Under the pieces are notes generated by a model that saw nothing but the letters and a program-made list of their open reading frames with translations, was not told the origin of the DNA and made no database searches. From NCBI GenBank assembly GCA_047601445.1, contig JASGJH010000001.1:9280001-9344000 (forward strand): a stretch of 64,000 nucleotides of DNA, in the 5' to 3' direction. Below, one piece after another: positions 49,211 through 61,355 of the stretch. Position 1 is the stretch's first letter; each line of letters opens with the position of its first letter. This DNA comes from Myxococcales bacterium (lineage in GTDB: Bacteria; Myxococcota_A; Polyangia; Polyangiales; DASUME01). The translations under genes were made by a program, and so were the position numbers.

Positions 49211-51331
49211 ATGGCAAGCGCCCCGCCCGATCGGAACGCGGAGGATGGCGACTGGTTTCGCGCTGCCTGTGAGACCTCGCCGATCGCGTTTAGTTTTTGT
49301 CGATACGTGCGCGACGAGCAAACGGGTGCCTTCCGCGACGTGCTGCTCCTGTACCAAAACGCCGCAGCCGCGCGCGTGACGCAGCTGCCGGCGGGTGCCT
49401 TCGCCGAGCCCCACAGCATCCGCACGGCGTTCCCGCAGGTCGCCGAGACGATCCTGTGGCAAGGCCACGATCAAGTGGCGACCTCCGGCCAGCCCTGGCA
49501 GGGCAACGTGCATTACGTCGGAGCAGGCGTGAATGGCTGGTTTCGCGTCACCATCAGCCGGGTGCGCGACGACCATGTGGCCGTCACCTTCGAAGACATC
49601 ACCGACATCAAGCGTATTGAGGAGGACAAGCTCGAGAGCGCTCAAATCAGCGAGGTGCTGCTCAAGGTCTCCCACGCCATTTCGGACTTGAGCCTGGAGA
49701 AGATCGTCCAGCGCGTGACCGACGAGGCTCGCCTCGTGTGCCGCGCCGAGTTTGGGGCGTTTTTCTACAATGTGCGCGATGCGAGCGGCGAGAGCTATAC
49801 GCTCTACACCCTGTCTGGCGTCCCGCGCGAGGCCTTCGCGCGCTTTCCCATGCCGCGCAACACCGCCTTGTTCGGGCCCACCTTCCGGGGCGAGCGCGTG
49901 GTGCGCATCGCGGACGTGCGCGCGGATCCTCGCTACGGCAAGAGTGCGCCGCACTACGGCATGCCCAAGGGCCACCTGCCCGTGCGCAGCTACCTGGCGG
50001 TGCCGGTGATCTCACGGACGGGTGAAGTGTTGGGGGGCCTGTTCTTCGGTCACTCCGCGGCCAGCGTCTTCACGGAGCGCGACGAGCGCATCGTGACCGC
50101 CATTGCCCAGCAGGCCGCCGTGGCCATGGACAACGCGCGCTTGCTCGAGATCGCCCAGCGCGAGAGCGCCACCGCCGAGGCCGCCAGCCGCGCCAAGGAC
50201 GAGTTCTTAGCCACCATCTCCCACGAGCTGCGGACGCCGCTGAACGCCATCTTGGGTTGGGCGAACATGCTGCAAACGGGACACCTTGCGCCCGAGAAGC
50301 AGCAGCGGGCCCTGGAGGCCATCGAGCGCAACGCACGCTCTCAGGCGGCGTTGATCGCCGACATGCTCGACGTATCGCGCATCGTCAGCGGACGCCTGAG
50401 CCTCAACATGTTCCCGTTCAGCGTGAGCAAGATGATCTATGCCGCGCTCGACGCCGTGCGGCCCATGGCGGAGTCCAAGCAAGTCCAGCTCAAGATCGAG
50501 CTCGAGGGTGATCTGGGGCTCATCAAGGGGGATCCCACGCGCCTGCAGCAGGTGGTCTGGAATCTCATCAACAACGCAGTGAAGTTCACCCCGTCGGGCG
50601 GTCACGTCGCCGTGCACGCCACGCGGGCGCAGGCATCTCTGCAGATTCGCGTGGAGGACGATGGCCGCGGCATCGAGCCTGCCTTCCTGCCCCATGTGTT
50701 CGAGCGCTTTCGCCAGGCGGACGCCAGCAGCACACGTTCCTTCGGGGGACTCGGTCTCGGGCTCTCCATCGTGAAGCACATCGTGGAGCTGCACGGCGGC
50801 ACGGTCAGCGCCCACAGCGCCGGCGCCCAGCAGGGCTCCACCTTCACCGTCACGCTCCCGTTCACGCCGCTCCCTGCTGGAGAGCGCGTGCCCATCAGCG
50901 CCATCGAGCCCATCTCCGAGCCACTGGGACGCCCGGCGCGACTCTCCGGGCTCAAGGTGCTGGTGGTGGACGACGAAGCCGACGCGCGCGATTTGCTGCG
51001 CGCGGTGCTCGAGCACAGCGATGCCCAGGTGCTGACCGCCGAGAACACCAGCCAGGCCATGGCCATTCTCGAAGGCGAACGCCCGGATGTACTCGTGAGC
51101 GACATCGGCATGCCCGGGGAAGATGGCTATTCGCTGATCGGCCGGGTGAGGGCCCTCAAGCCGAGCCAGGGCGGGCGCATTCCCGCCGTCGCGCTCACGG
51201 CCTACGCGAGTCCCCAGGACCGTACGCGCGCCCTCGCGCGGGGCTTCAACCATCACGTGACCAAGCCTGTGGACGCGAGCGAACTCCTGGTCGTGATCGC
51301 GAGCTTGGTGGAGCGCTACGCGACCGGCTGA
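49211..51331 (+). CDS. Hybrid sensor histidine kinase (PAS-GAF-HisKA-HATPase-REC)
   Basis: SHELRTPLNAI, NLINNAVKFT, D.G.GI, GLGLGL, VLVVDDE, SDIGMP, KPV. Confidence 0.95.
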   Translation: MASAPPDRNAEDGDWFRAACETSPIAFSFCRYVRDEQTGAFRDVLLLYQNAAAARVTQLPAGAFAEPHSIRTAFPQVAETILWQGHDQVATSGQPWQGNVHYVGAGVNGWFRVTISRVRDDHVAVTFEDITDIKRIEEDKLESAQISEVLLKVSHAISDLSLEKIVQRVTDEARLVCRAEFGAFFYNVRDASGESYTLYTLSGVPREAFARFPMPRNTALFGPTFRGERVVRIADVRADPRYGKSAPHYGMPKGHLPVRSYLAVPVISRTGEVLGGLFFGHSAASVFTERDERIVTAIAQQAAVAMDNARLLEIAQRESATAEAASRAKDEFLATISHELRTPLNAILGWANMLQTGHLAPEKQQRALEAIERNARSQAALIADMLDVSRIVSGRLSLNMFPFSVSKMIYAALDAVRPMAESKQVQLKIELEGDLGLIKGDPTRLQQVVWNLINNAVKFTPSGGHVAVHATRAQASLQIRVEDDGRGIEPAFLPHVFERFRQADASSTRSFGGLGLGLSIVKHIVELHGGTVSAHSAGAQQGSTFTVTLPFTPLPAGERVPISAIEPISEPLGRPARLSGLKVLVVDDEADARDLLRAVLEHSDAQVLTAENTSQAMAILEGERPDVLVSDIGMPGEDGYSLIGRVRALKPSQGGRIPAVALTAYASPQDRTRALARGFNHHVTKPVDASELLVVIASLVERYATG

Positions 51332-51400
51332 GCACGAGCAAGCCTGGCCGCGGACCGGAATTGATTTGCCGGCCTTGATTGGGTTGAGTACGCCTGCGGC

Positions 51401-52057
51401 GTGACGTCTCACTCCTCATGGCGTCTGTTGCAGCGCGTAGTGAACCTCACCATCGCGCTCCTGGTGGCAGTCGGACTGGGCTCGCTGTGGTGGATGTGGC
51501 AGTGCTCGCCGCGGCACCAGTCCGGGCTGGTGTTCGTGCAGGTCGGGCCCTCCGTGGCGCAGGGGGGTACGGCGGCGCAGCTCTTGAACCTGCCGTTCTC
51601 GAGTTTCTCCTGCGGCGTCGACGAACCTGGCGCGGCCACCGTCTGCACGCGCGAGTTCGAGGGCAAGCCCCTGCAGGTGAGCTTTCACGGAGAAGGGGTG
51701 AGCTGCTTCGCTATCTACGACGGGTTCCAGCATGCATGCCGGCCCTGGATCGCCTCGCGCGGCTGTGCTGAGCGCACCGTCCGCATCGACGATGACCTCG
51801 GGCTCTCGCCGCAGCGCCTCGCCGAGCTGCGCGCGGGCGATCCACTCAGCCACATGGGCGAAGGCGATTGGGGACTGCCGACCTGGGTAGCTGGTCTGGC
51901 TCTAGGCGCGCTCGGGGCGTGGTTGGCATGGCGAGCCATGCGCCGTTCGCGCTGGCCTTGGCGCGCGGGTCTCACCCTGGTCGCGTTCGCGTTGGGCCTC
52001 GCCAGCGGCATCATCGGCTTCATCTTTTGGCTGTTCTTGCTGTGCTACGCGGACTGA
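51401..52057 (+). CDS. Hypothetical membrane protein
   Basis: One N-terminal and two C-terminal TM segments around a Cys-containing loop. Confidence 0.6.
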   Translation: MTSHSSWRLLQRVVNLTIALLVAVGLGSLWWMWQCSPRHQSGLVFVQVGPSVAQGGTAAQLLNLPFSSFSCGVDEPGAATVCTREFEGKPLQVSFHGEGVSCFAIYDGFQHACRPWIASRGCAERTVRIDDDLGLSPQRLAELRAGDPLSHMGEGDWGLPTWVAGLALGALGAWLAWRAMRRSRWPWRAGLTLVAFALGLASGIIGFIFWLFLLCYAD

Positions 52058-52118
52058 GCTCGTAGCCAAGCTGGGGGCGCTCGTGCCGCCGCTCGGGCTG
52101 GGCTATAAGCCCGCCGCC

Positions 52119-53030
52119 ATGTCGTCCCAGGCCTCCTTTCGCCCGCGCGATGCCGCTCTTCTGCTCTTGCTGGCGCTGGTCTGGGGCAACTCCTTCTTCT
52201 TCATCAAGACCGCGGTCGCGGTGGTGCCGCCGCCCTGGATCGTCACCATCCGCATGGTCCTCGGCGCGATGTTGTTGTTCGTCATCGCGCGCGTGACCGG
52301 GCAGAAGGCGCCCGGGAACCTTCGCAGCGTCGGACAAATGGCGCTGATCGGCATCTTTGGCTCTGCGCTTCCATGGCTGTGTCAGGCCTGGTCTCAGCGT
52401 TACCTGGACTCCGGCCTGGTCTCCGTGCTCAACGCGGTCACGCCCGTGGTGACGCTGCTCCTGGCAGTCGCATTGCGTCAGGAGCGGCTCTACACCAACC
52501 GCGTGCTCGGGCTGGGCCTCGCGGTGCTGGGGGCCTTGATCGTGGTTGGACTCGAGATACGGGCGGGCCGCTCTCCGCTCGCCTTGTTCGGCGCGGTGCT
52601 CGCGACCCTCGGCTATGCCATCGCGGCGGTGCTCACGCGCTCCTATGTGTCGGGTCGCATGTCCAACGTGTGGGCGGCGGCCACGCAGCTCGCTTGCGGT
52701 GCCGTCCTGCTCGGGCCCATCGCGTGGGCTACCCAGGGCGCGCCTCCCAGCGCGCTGCCGCTCGGGGTAGCGGGTGCGCTGTTGGCCCTGGGACTCCTGG
52801 GGACGGGGCTCGCCTTCTTGATCTATTTCGTGCTGCTCGAGCGGGTGGGCGCCACCAACACCTCCATGGTGACGTACCTGGTCCCCGTGGTGGGCCTCAC
52901 CTCGGGGGCGCTGTTTCGGGGCGAGCGTTTCGGTCCCAACGTCTACGCAGGGGCCTGCGCGATGATCGCCGGAGTATGGCTGGCTCAGCGCGCCCCGCGC
53001 GCGGCGGCAGTGCCGCGCGCATCCCATTGA
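52119..53030 (+). CDS. DMT/EamA family transporter
   Basis: LVWGNSFFFIK, SGLVSVLNAVTP, GTGLAFLIYF, TYLVPV. Confidence 0.92.
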   Translation: MSSQASFRPRDAALLLLLALVWGNSFFFIKTAVAVVPPPWIVTIRMVLGAMLLFVIARVTGQKAPGNLRSVGQMALIGIFGSALPWLCQAWSQRYLDSGLVSVLNAVTPVVTLLLAVALRQERLYTNRVLGLGLAVLGALIVVGLEIRAGRSPLALFGAVLATLGYAIAAVLTRSYVSGRMSNVWAAATQLACGAVLLGPIAWATQGAPPSALPLGVAGALLALGLLGTGLAFLIYFVLLERVGATNTSMVTYLVPVVGLTSGALFRGERFGPNVYAGACAMIAGVWLAQRAPRAAAVPRASH

Positions 53031-53064
53031 GCAGGGCGCCGGGCCAGCAAGGTTGGCGCGTGAC

Positions 53065-53676
53065 TCAATGTACGTAGCGGGGGTGCAGCGGCCTCCCGTG
53101 TTCGCGCCGCTCGCGCAGGGCCTGCCAGAAGCGCGCATCGACCCCGTAGCGCCGCGAGCCCTCTGCCAGGAACAACAACGACGTCATGAACAACGTGAGC
53201 GGGTACTCCATCCCGCCGTTCTGCGCGAAGAGTCCCTTGCCTGCGTGCACCATCAAGATCGCGACGGCCATGTTGATCGCGATCGCACACGAGACGAAGC
53301 GCGTGAACAACCCGAGGATCAACGCGATGCCGCCGCCGAGCTCCGCCGCCATCGAGAGCAGGGCCATGGTGGCGGGTGAAGGCACGCCCAGTTCGCGCAC
53401 TTTGTCGGCCCAGGCCGTCATATCCTGCAGCTTGAGCAAGCCGTGACCCAAGAAGACTGTCCCCACCGTCACGCGCAGGGCCGTATACATGAGGTCCCCG
53501 AAAAAGGTCCGCGCCCGCACGCGGCCATCCTCCTCCACCACAACGGTCCGTTGGATGGGCTCGCGCTCGATGAGGGGCTCCTGCGTAAGAACGCGCGGCT
53601 GTTCCTCCACGATACGCGCGTCATCCGTGTCTTCGGCGCGTGTCTCGAAACGTCCTTGGTCGAATTGTTCCGCCAT
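53065..53676 (-). CDS. DoxX family membrane protein
   Basis: LRVTVG.VFLGHG..K, ELGGG..LILGLFTR, GMEYPL. Confidence 0.9.
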   Translation of the reverse strand: MAEQFDQGRFETRAEDTDDARIVEEQPRVLTQEPLIEREPIQRTVVVEEDGRVRARTFFGDLMYTALRVTVGTVFLGHGLLKLQDMTAWADKVRELGVPSPATMALLSMAAELGGGIALILGLFTRFVSCAIAINMAVAILMVHAGKGLFAQNGGMEYPLTLFMTSLLFLAEGSRRYGVDARFWQALRERREHGRPLHPRYVH

Positions 53677-53796
53677 GTTTGAACCCTCCGGCGTGACGGT
53701 GCGCCGAGTGTTGGGCGATCACCTCTTCGCCTTCTGATCCTTCCTTGTAAACACCCCGCGAGTCGCCGACAGTCGGAATAGCCGGTTCCATGGGAA

Positions 53797-55044
53797 CTAG
53801 AGCTCGCGCGCGGCCGTCTGCGTGCGCAGAACCCGAAAGGCGGGCTTCGTTTTGCCGTCCGCGGTGCGCAGGCCCAGGGTCCGCAGGTACTCCTTGAAAG
53901 CAGCGGTTCCCACGCCGTACGGGCCAGCGAGCTCCATGGCCTTCTGCTCGCTCACGTCGTTCAAACGCAGCACCGCGAGCCGCGGGATGCGCGCCGCGTG
54001 CGCGTCCCAGGCGCGCATAACCTCACAAAAGAAGCGCGCTTGTTGCGCGTCACTCGAGTCGTTTACGGTGGAGGACGCATAGCCGATCTCCTGCACGTGG
54101 ATGGGCTTGGACGCGGGGACGGACGCGGTGAGCGCCGCCAGATCGACAGCGGCCTGCGTGGGATCGCGCATGGTGAAGTCCGCTTCGAGCGGGTAGTAGG
54201 TGACGCCCACCACATCGACTTGATCGGCCCACGTGAGCATCACCTGTTGGGCTGGCCAACCGTCCGCCGTCTTGCGCGCTGCATCAGTCAGCGCGGGGAG
54301 GGTGGCGGTGAAGCCGACGGGGAGGTTGGGGTACTTGGCGTGCAAGTAGCTATGCACGCTGGCCAAGAACTGCCCATAGGCGGGCCAGAAATTGGCCTCG
54401 GTGCCGGGATTGAAGCCGTCGACCTCGTTGCCGATCATCAGGTTGACCAGGTGCTCGGGGGCGATCCGGGTCAACACGTAGTCCACGACCTTTTGGAAGC
54501 GGGCTGCGACCTTGGGATCATCGAAGGCGAGCTGTGCCAGGTCGCTCGGGACCGTCTTGCCCGTGGCGTCGACAGGCCGCAGGGTCAATGAAACCAGGCT
54601 ACCGGTCTGCGCTGCGAGCGCGTCGAAGGTCGCTAGCACCGACGGAGTGCCAGGATCGACGAGTGTGCCCGATGTCGTGCCCGCGCCCGCCGTGGTCTCG
54701 AGGGCGGTCCACGGCAGATGGAGCGTGAGGTAGCGCCCGCGGAGTTCCGCGAGCTGCGCCAGGTTGTCCTCGAACGACTCGCCGGGGTTCACGTCCAGAA
54801 TATCGGCGCCGAACATGCGTCCCTGCGCGCTCGCTGGTGGGAGGTCACAGGCGCCGTCGCCCGCGCTGTCCGTGGACGACGGGGTACTTGCGTCTGCGGG
54901 GTCCTCCGAAGCATCCGACGCAGTGTCGGCGCTCGCGTCGCTCGCGGCGTCGCGTCCACCATCATCGCGCGGTGGTACCGAAGACGGCTCTGAGCTACAG
55001 GCCGCGACCAGACTGAACGAGAGAAGTTTCGAAGACCAGCGCAT
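53797..55044 (-). CDS. Clan-A (TIM-barrel) glycoside hydrolase-like lipoprotein
   Basis: LVAAC lipobox; IGNEVD acid/base-like motif, TYYP, VQEIGY nucleophile-like motif, G..KPA. Confidence 0.7.
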   Translation of the reverse strand: MRWSSKLLSFSLVAACSSEPSSVPPRDDGGRDAASDASADTASDASEDPADASTPSSTDSAGDGACDLPPASAQGRMFGADILDVNPGESFEDNLAQLAELRGRYLTLHLPWTALETTAGAGTTSGTLVDPGTPSVLATFDALAAQTGSLVSLTLRPVDATGKTVPSDLAQLAFDDPKVAARFQKVVDYVLTRIAPEHLVNLMIGNEVDGFNPGTEANFWPAYGQFLASVHSYLHAKYPNLPVGFTATLPALTDAARKTADGWPAQQVMLTWADQVDVVGVTYYPLEADFTMRDPTQAAVDLAALTASVPASKPIHVQEIGYASSTVNDSSDAQQARFFCEVMRAWDAHAARIPRLAVLRLNDVSEQKAMELAGPYGVGTAAFKEYLRTLGLRTADGKTKPAFRVLRTQTAAREL

Positions 55045-55323
55045 GGTGCGGGCCGAGTCTAGGGCTGGAGGTCCGAGGCTTCCACGCGTGCGTGATAGGT
55101 GGTGCCCTGAAGGGCCGCCTTTTCCAGGGGGCTCGGTGTGGTCGCTTACCCGCTCGCGGCAAAGAGCGTGAGCCTCTACGCCGTCGAACCTGAACCGACC
55201 GCCAGTCCCAGCTGGCAGCGCGGGCATCGAGCTCTACTCATGGACACCACGTCGCGCCCGGCGCTCACGGCGGAAAGCCTCGTTGCGCGCGGCCACAAAC
55301 CTCCTCAAGCTCGTTATGCTGCC

Positions 55324-55716
55324 ATGCCAGAGATCCAGCACGAGCTCAAGGTCAGCGCTCCGCGCGCCAAGGTGATCACGGCGCTCACCGATCGCGGCGC
55401 TCTCGAGCGCTGGCACGGTGCGATCGTGAGCGGCGGCCCCCAGGAGTGGCGGCTGGCGTATCCGCAGGGGCCCGTGTTCCGCTGGCGGGTCTTGGAGGCC
55501 AGCGCGGAGCGCGTGTGCTGGCGCTGCGTGGAGGGCCCAGGCGACTCGGTGGGGACCCAAGTTTCGTTCGTGCTCTCTACGGCGGATCAGGACCGCACGC
55601 TGATCGAATTCGAGCACGCGGGCTGGCTCGCCAACGCCGCCAAGTTTCGCAAATGCAACACGCTCTGGGCGCTCCTGCTGTTGCGGTTGCAGCGAGAGGC
55701 CGAGAGCGCCAGCTGA
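55324..55716 (+). CDS. SRPBCC/AHSA1 domain protein
   Basis: V..AL....L..W, WRCVEGP...GT.V.F, FEHAGW....F..CNT.W. Confidence 0.85.
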   Translation: MPEIQHELKVSAPRAKVITALTDRGALERWHGAIVSGGPQEWRLAYPQGPVFRWRVLEASAERVCWRCVEGPGDSVGTQVSFVLSTADQDRTLIEFEHAGWLANAAKFRKCNTLWALLLLRLQREAESAS

Positions 55717-55761
55717 ACCAGGTGTCCCCGGTTGAGGCCGGGCTCGACGAGGAGTTGTCGT

Positions 55762-57405
55762 ATGACCCTCTCGCGGCGTCGTCAGATGAGCATGAGCGAG
55801 TTCGTGGCCGGTATGGAAGCCGCAGGTCTGCTCGTACGGATCAAGGAAGAGCGGCGTGTGGACCAGCTTCCGCAAGTCATGGAGGCGCATCCGACCAAGG
55901 CAGTGCTAGTCGAGAAGGTGAAGGACTGCGAGTTCTCGTTCCTGGCCAACGCCTATGCCACCCACGAGCAGTTTGCCTGGGCGCTGGAATGCGAACGCAA
56001 CCAAATCGGTGACCGAATCGCCGAGCTCGCCCGAGGAAGGGTGGAGCCCGAGGTCGTAGCGTCGGCTCCGTGCAAGCAGGTCATCCTCAAAGGCGACGAC
56101 GTGGACCTCACTCGCTTGCCCTTGTTCTTGCACCATGATCGCGACGGGCACGCATACACCAACGACAACCTGGTGATCACGCGCGATCCCGACACACGCA
56201 TCATCGACTGGGGTGTCTACCGCTCGATGTTCCGCACCAAGAGCGAGAAAAATTTCGACATGACCTGCACCAGCCATCGCGGGCGCCTGAACGGTCTCAA
56301 ATACCAGGCGCGCGGACAAAACATGCCGGTCGCGATCGTCCTCGGTGGGCCGACGCTCGACAAGCTGGCGTGTTTGGCAGGCGTGCCTCCGGAGACCTCG
56401 GACTTCGACGTGTTGGGGAGCTTCTACGGGCACGCGGCCAAGCTCGTGAAGTGCGAAACCAATGACCTGCTGGTGCCGGCCAACGCAGAGATCGTGCTGG
56501 AGGGTGAAGTGATTACCAGCGAAGGCTGGGTACACGACGAGGGACCCTACGGTGAATTCACGGGTATGTACGGTGGCGGGCTCAAGCACAATCCACGGGT
56601 CGTCATCCATTGCATGACCTATCGCAAGCACGCCATCTACCAGAACGCCACCATCGGCGGAGCCCACCCTGGCTACACCGACAACATGATCCAGCTGCCG
56701 GCCATCGAGAGCGATCTGTTCGCTGCGCTGCAGCTCGGGGGCATCAAGGTGCTCGACGTGCGTTGCCCGGCAGCGGGCCTCTCCAACATCGCGTACGCGC
56801 GCATCGAGCCGCAGGGCGGTGGCGATGCGAAGCAGGCCCTCTCGATCATGCTGACATGCTCCAAGCAAGGCTTGCCAAAGATCGCGATGGTGTTCGACGA
56901 CGACGTGGACATCTGGAACGACGACCGGATCCAGCAGTGCATGGCATTCCGTTACATGCCCGACCGGGACACGCTGATCATTCCGCAGTGCAACTCCATG
57001 TCGACCGATCCCAAGATCGAGGACGTTGACGCTCCGTTCTATGCGTCGAAGATCGGCATGGATTGCACGATTCCGCTGGTTGGAAAGTTCAATCGCAGTG
57101 CCTTCGACTGGTCGTCGGCCTGTGACCTGGGAGAGCCTCCTGCCAAGGTCCGCCCGATGAGCGAGGACGAGATTCTCGCCGACATGGGCGCCTTCATCCG
57201 TGCAGCGCCGCGCTCGTGGAAAGAAATCGTGCAGCGCTATCACGGGCAGCACTACCCGGCGATCTATCGTGCCTTCGGTCGCCTTCGCCACGAGCTTGGA
57301 CGTGCAGACGACGCGCCATGGTATCGCTACACCTTCTCGGACCGAGACTTCGCCTACGAAGCGCGTGTGTCGAGCCACGCCAATTTCGATCCCCGCCATC
57401 GTTAG
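55762..57405 (+). CDS. UbiD family (prFMN-dependent) decarboxylase with a C-terminal extension
   Basis: GAGGAG RBS; APCK, GVYR, VPANAEIVLEG, EGPYGEFTG, DDDVDI, SKIGMDCT. Confidence 0.9.
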   Translation: MTLSRRRQMSMSEFVAGMEAAGLLVRIKEERRVDQLPQVMEAHPTKAVLVEKVKDCEFSFLANAYATHEQFAWALECERNQIGDRIAELARGRVEPEVVASAPCKQVILKGDDVDLTRLPLFLHHDRDGHAYTNDNLVITRDPDTRIIDWGVYRSMFRTKSEKNFDMTCTSHRGRLNGLKYQARGQNMPVAIVLGGPTLDKLACLAGVPPETSDFDVLGSFYGHAAKLVKCETNDLLVPANAEIVLEGEVITSEGWVHDEGPYGEFTGMYGGGLKHNPRVVIHCMTYRKHAIYQNATIGGAHPGYTDNMIQLPAIESDLFAALQLGGIKVLDVRCPAAGLSNIAYARIEPQGGGDAKQALSIMLTCSKQGLPKIAMVFDDDVDIWNDDRIQQCMAFRYMPDRDTLIIPQCNSMSTDPKIEDVDAPFYASKIGMDCTIPLVGKFNRSAFDWSSACDLGEPPAKVRPMSEDEILADMGAFIRAAPRSWKEIVQRYHGQHYPAIYRAFGRLRHELGRADDAPWYRYTFSDRDFAYEARVSSHANFDPRHR

Positions 57406-57899
57406 CGAAGTCACACGGGCGCGCCTCGCAGGCGCTGTCGCGCGCGCCACGCTCGGGACGGGCGGCTCTGCTGTGAAACGTCATGTTCTGCGTGCGAACC
57501 GCTGCAGCTCTCGCGATGCCCTCGATCGGTCGAAGGACGTGGCGGCCCCCGAGCTCGGTTGCGTCATGTGCTCTTCGGCGAAAAGCGAGGGGCCTCTCAA
57601 TGTTTGCCTTGCTCGCGCGCTCGCATGACATCGTCGGGGGCACGAACCCGCGAATTGCTCGCTGATGCAGCGCGTAGGACAACGGCGTACGTTCGCGCGA
57701 AACACGGAATTTTGCTCCACCCGAGCGGTCTCCGTGAGCAGGCGTCCATGCGGCGTGTCGTGACAAAAAACGACCCGGCCGCGATTCGTCCATGCCATCA
57801 TCGCCGTCCAAGCCCGGGGGGGCGTGGTGCCGGTTCCGTCAGTCGGAGTCGTGCGCACGGTCGCGCTGCAGCGCGCCTCACCACCATCGTTGCGAGCGC

Positions 57900-59864
<1,965 letters not shown>

Positions 59865-59881
59865 CGGCGCCGCGGGCTGCT

Positions 59882-59914
59882 CGCGGAATCCCGCGCGGGC
59901 AGACGGAGTTCCGT
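59882..59914. promoter_or_regulatory. Tandem palindromes (candidate upstream activator sequences)
   Basis: CGCGG-AATC-CCGCG (59882-59895) and ACGGA-GT-TCCGT (59903-59914), centres 20 bp apart. Confidence 0.55.
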
Positions 59915-59968
59915 GCCCCAAGGTGCCGACGGATCGGCATTTTTGCGGGAGTTTCGCGGCATCGTGCT

Positions 59969-59984
59969 TGGCACGCCTCCTGCT
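59969..59984 (+). promoter_or_regulatory. Sigma54 -24/-12 promoter of the stressosome operon
   Basis: TGGCACG-CCTC-CTGCT with correct spacing. Confidence 0.8.
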
Positions 59985-60036
59985 CAGCTCTCCTGGGGCG
60001 CTGACACGACCATGTCGGCGGCAGGGGGAACAAGGG

Positions 60037-60468
60037 ATGGATCAACACGCGATCCCAGTGATCGAACTTTGGGGACGTCTGATCGTCGCGTTGCAAGGTG
60101 ACGTGGGCGACACGCAGATGGAGCGACTGCGAGAGGAGGTCCTACAGCGCGTGCGCGAGCGCGGCGCCCAGGGCTTGGTGATCGACGCATCCGGCATGTG
60201 GATGGTGGACAGCCACCTGTGCGCGATGCTGGGGCGCATCGTCTCCTCGGCGCGCCTGATGGGCGTGCGCGCGGTGCTGTCCGGCCTATCACCGCAGGTC
60301 GTTCTCACGCTGGGGGAGATGGGCATCGACCTAGAGGGCATCAGCACCGCCCTCACCCTCGAAGAAGCTTTGGAATCGCTTGGGGTTGCCGCTCTGCGCG
60401 ATGACCAGACGCACAGCACGCAGACGCTCGCCGAGCAATGGATCGAACTAACTGGAGCCGACCGATGA
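60037..60468 (+). CDS. rsbS: RsbS-like STAS protein
   Basis: IPVI, GLVID.S...VDSH (phospho-Ser position), ARLMG....G..P.V..TL.EMG. Confidence 0.85.
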   Translation: MDQHAIPVIELWGRLIVALQGDVGDTQMERLREEVLQRVRERGAQGLVIDASGMWMVDSHLCAMLGRIVSSARLMGVRAVLSGLSPQVVLTLGEMGIDLEGISTALTLEEALESLGVAALRDDQTHSTQTLAEQWIELTGADR

Positions 60469-61352
60469 GTGATGGGATTTTGACTGCCAACGATACCCTC
60501 GACCCCAAGAGCATGACCGCGATGCTGGGCGTCCTGTTCGACGACAACCCCGACGGGATCGTGATCGCGGACACCTCCGGTCGCATCACCTGCAATCCGG
60601 TGGCCATTGCGGCTATTGGCGCCCCCGACCCGGACGTCTCGCCCGAAGAATGGAGCGAGCGCTACGGCCTGTTTCACGAGGACCAGCAGACGCGCTTCCC
60701 TCCGAACGCCGATCCACTCGCGCTCGCCATGCAGGGGCAGGTCGTGTCGGACGTGATCATGTTCAGCCGCAACCCGAACAAGCCGGAGGGCATCTTCGTC
60801 AGTGTGAGCGCGCGCCCGCTGGCCAACGGTGGTGCCATCGCGGTGTTTCGCGACGTCACCGAGAGGCGCCGCATGGCGGACGACCTGGCTCAGCGCAACG
60901 CGGAGCTGGCACTGCGCGAGCAGGAGAATCGGGAGCTCATCGCGCGTCTGCGTGTGGCGGTGGACGAACTCTCGACCCCGGTGCTGGAGATCTGGAACGA
61001 CGTGCTCGCGCTGCCGGTAGTCGGCATCGTGGACACCCAGCGCAGCGCACGCATGACCGAGCGCCTGTTGGCGGAGGTCGTGCGTACTCGCTGTCGCTCG
61101 GTCATCGTGGACCTCACGGGCGTCGAGCTGATCGACACCAGCACCGCGGACCGCTTCATCAAGCTGGCTCGTTCGGTCCAGCTCTTGGGTTCACGCTGTC
61201 TGGTCACCGGCATTCAGCCGGCCGTGGCGCAGACCCTGGTCGAGCTGGGCGTGGAATTCAGCGCCCTCGAGACCCACCGGAACCTCAAGAGCGCGCTCGA
61301 GGCCAGCATCCGCCGCGACGTGGCGGAGCGTCGTGCGCACCAGGAGAGGTAA
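60465..61352 (+). CDS. rsbR: RsbR-like protein (PAS-coiled coil-STAS)
   Basis: PAS ending FRDVTE; ELSTPV, IVDTQR and LIDT phospho-Thr positions, GIQPAVAQTLV. Confidence 0.88.
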   Translation: MSDGILTANDTLDPKSMTAMLGVLFDDNPDGIVIADTSGRITCNPVAIAAIGAPDPDVSPEEWSERYGLFHEDQQTRFPPNADPLALAMQGQVVSDVIMFSRNPNKPEGIFVSVSARPLANGGAIAVFRDVTERRRMADDLAQRNAELALREQENRELIARLRVAVDELSTPVLEIWNDVLALPVVGIVDTQRSARMTERLLAEVVRTRCRSVIVDLTGVELIDTSTADRFIKLARSVQLLGSRCLVTGIQPAVAQTLVELGVEFSALETHRNLKSALEASIRRDVAERRAHQER

Positions 61353-61355
61353 GCC

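Noticed and set aside
55100..55230. CCGTCGAACCTGAACCG resembling a TPP riboswitch core
   Set aside because: No CTGAGA element, no proper P5 stem, and downstream genes are unrelated to thiamine; an Rfam scan would settle it
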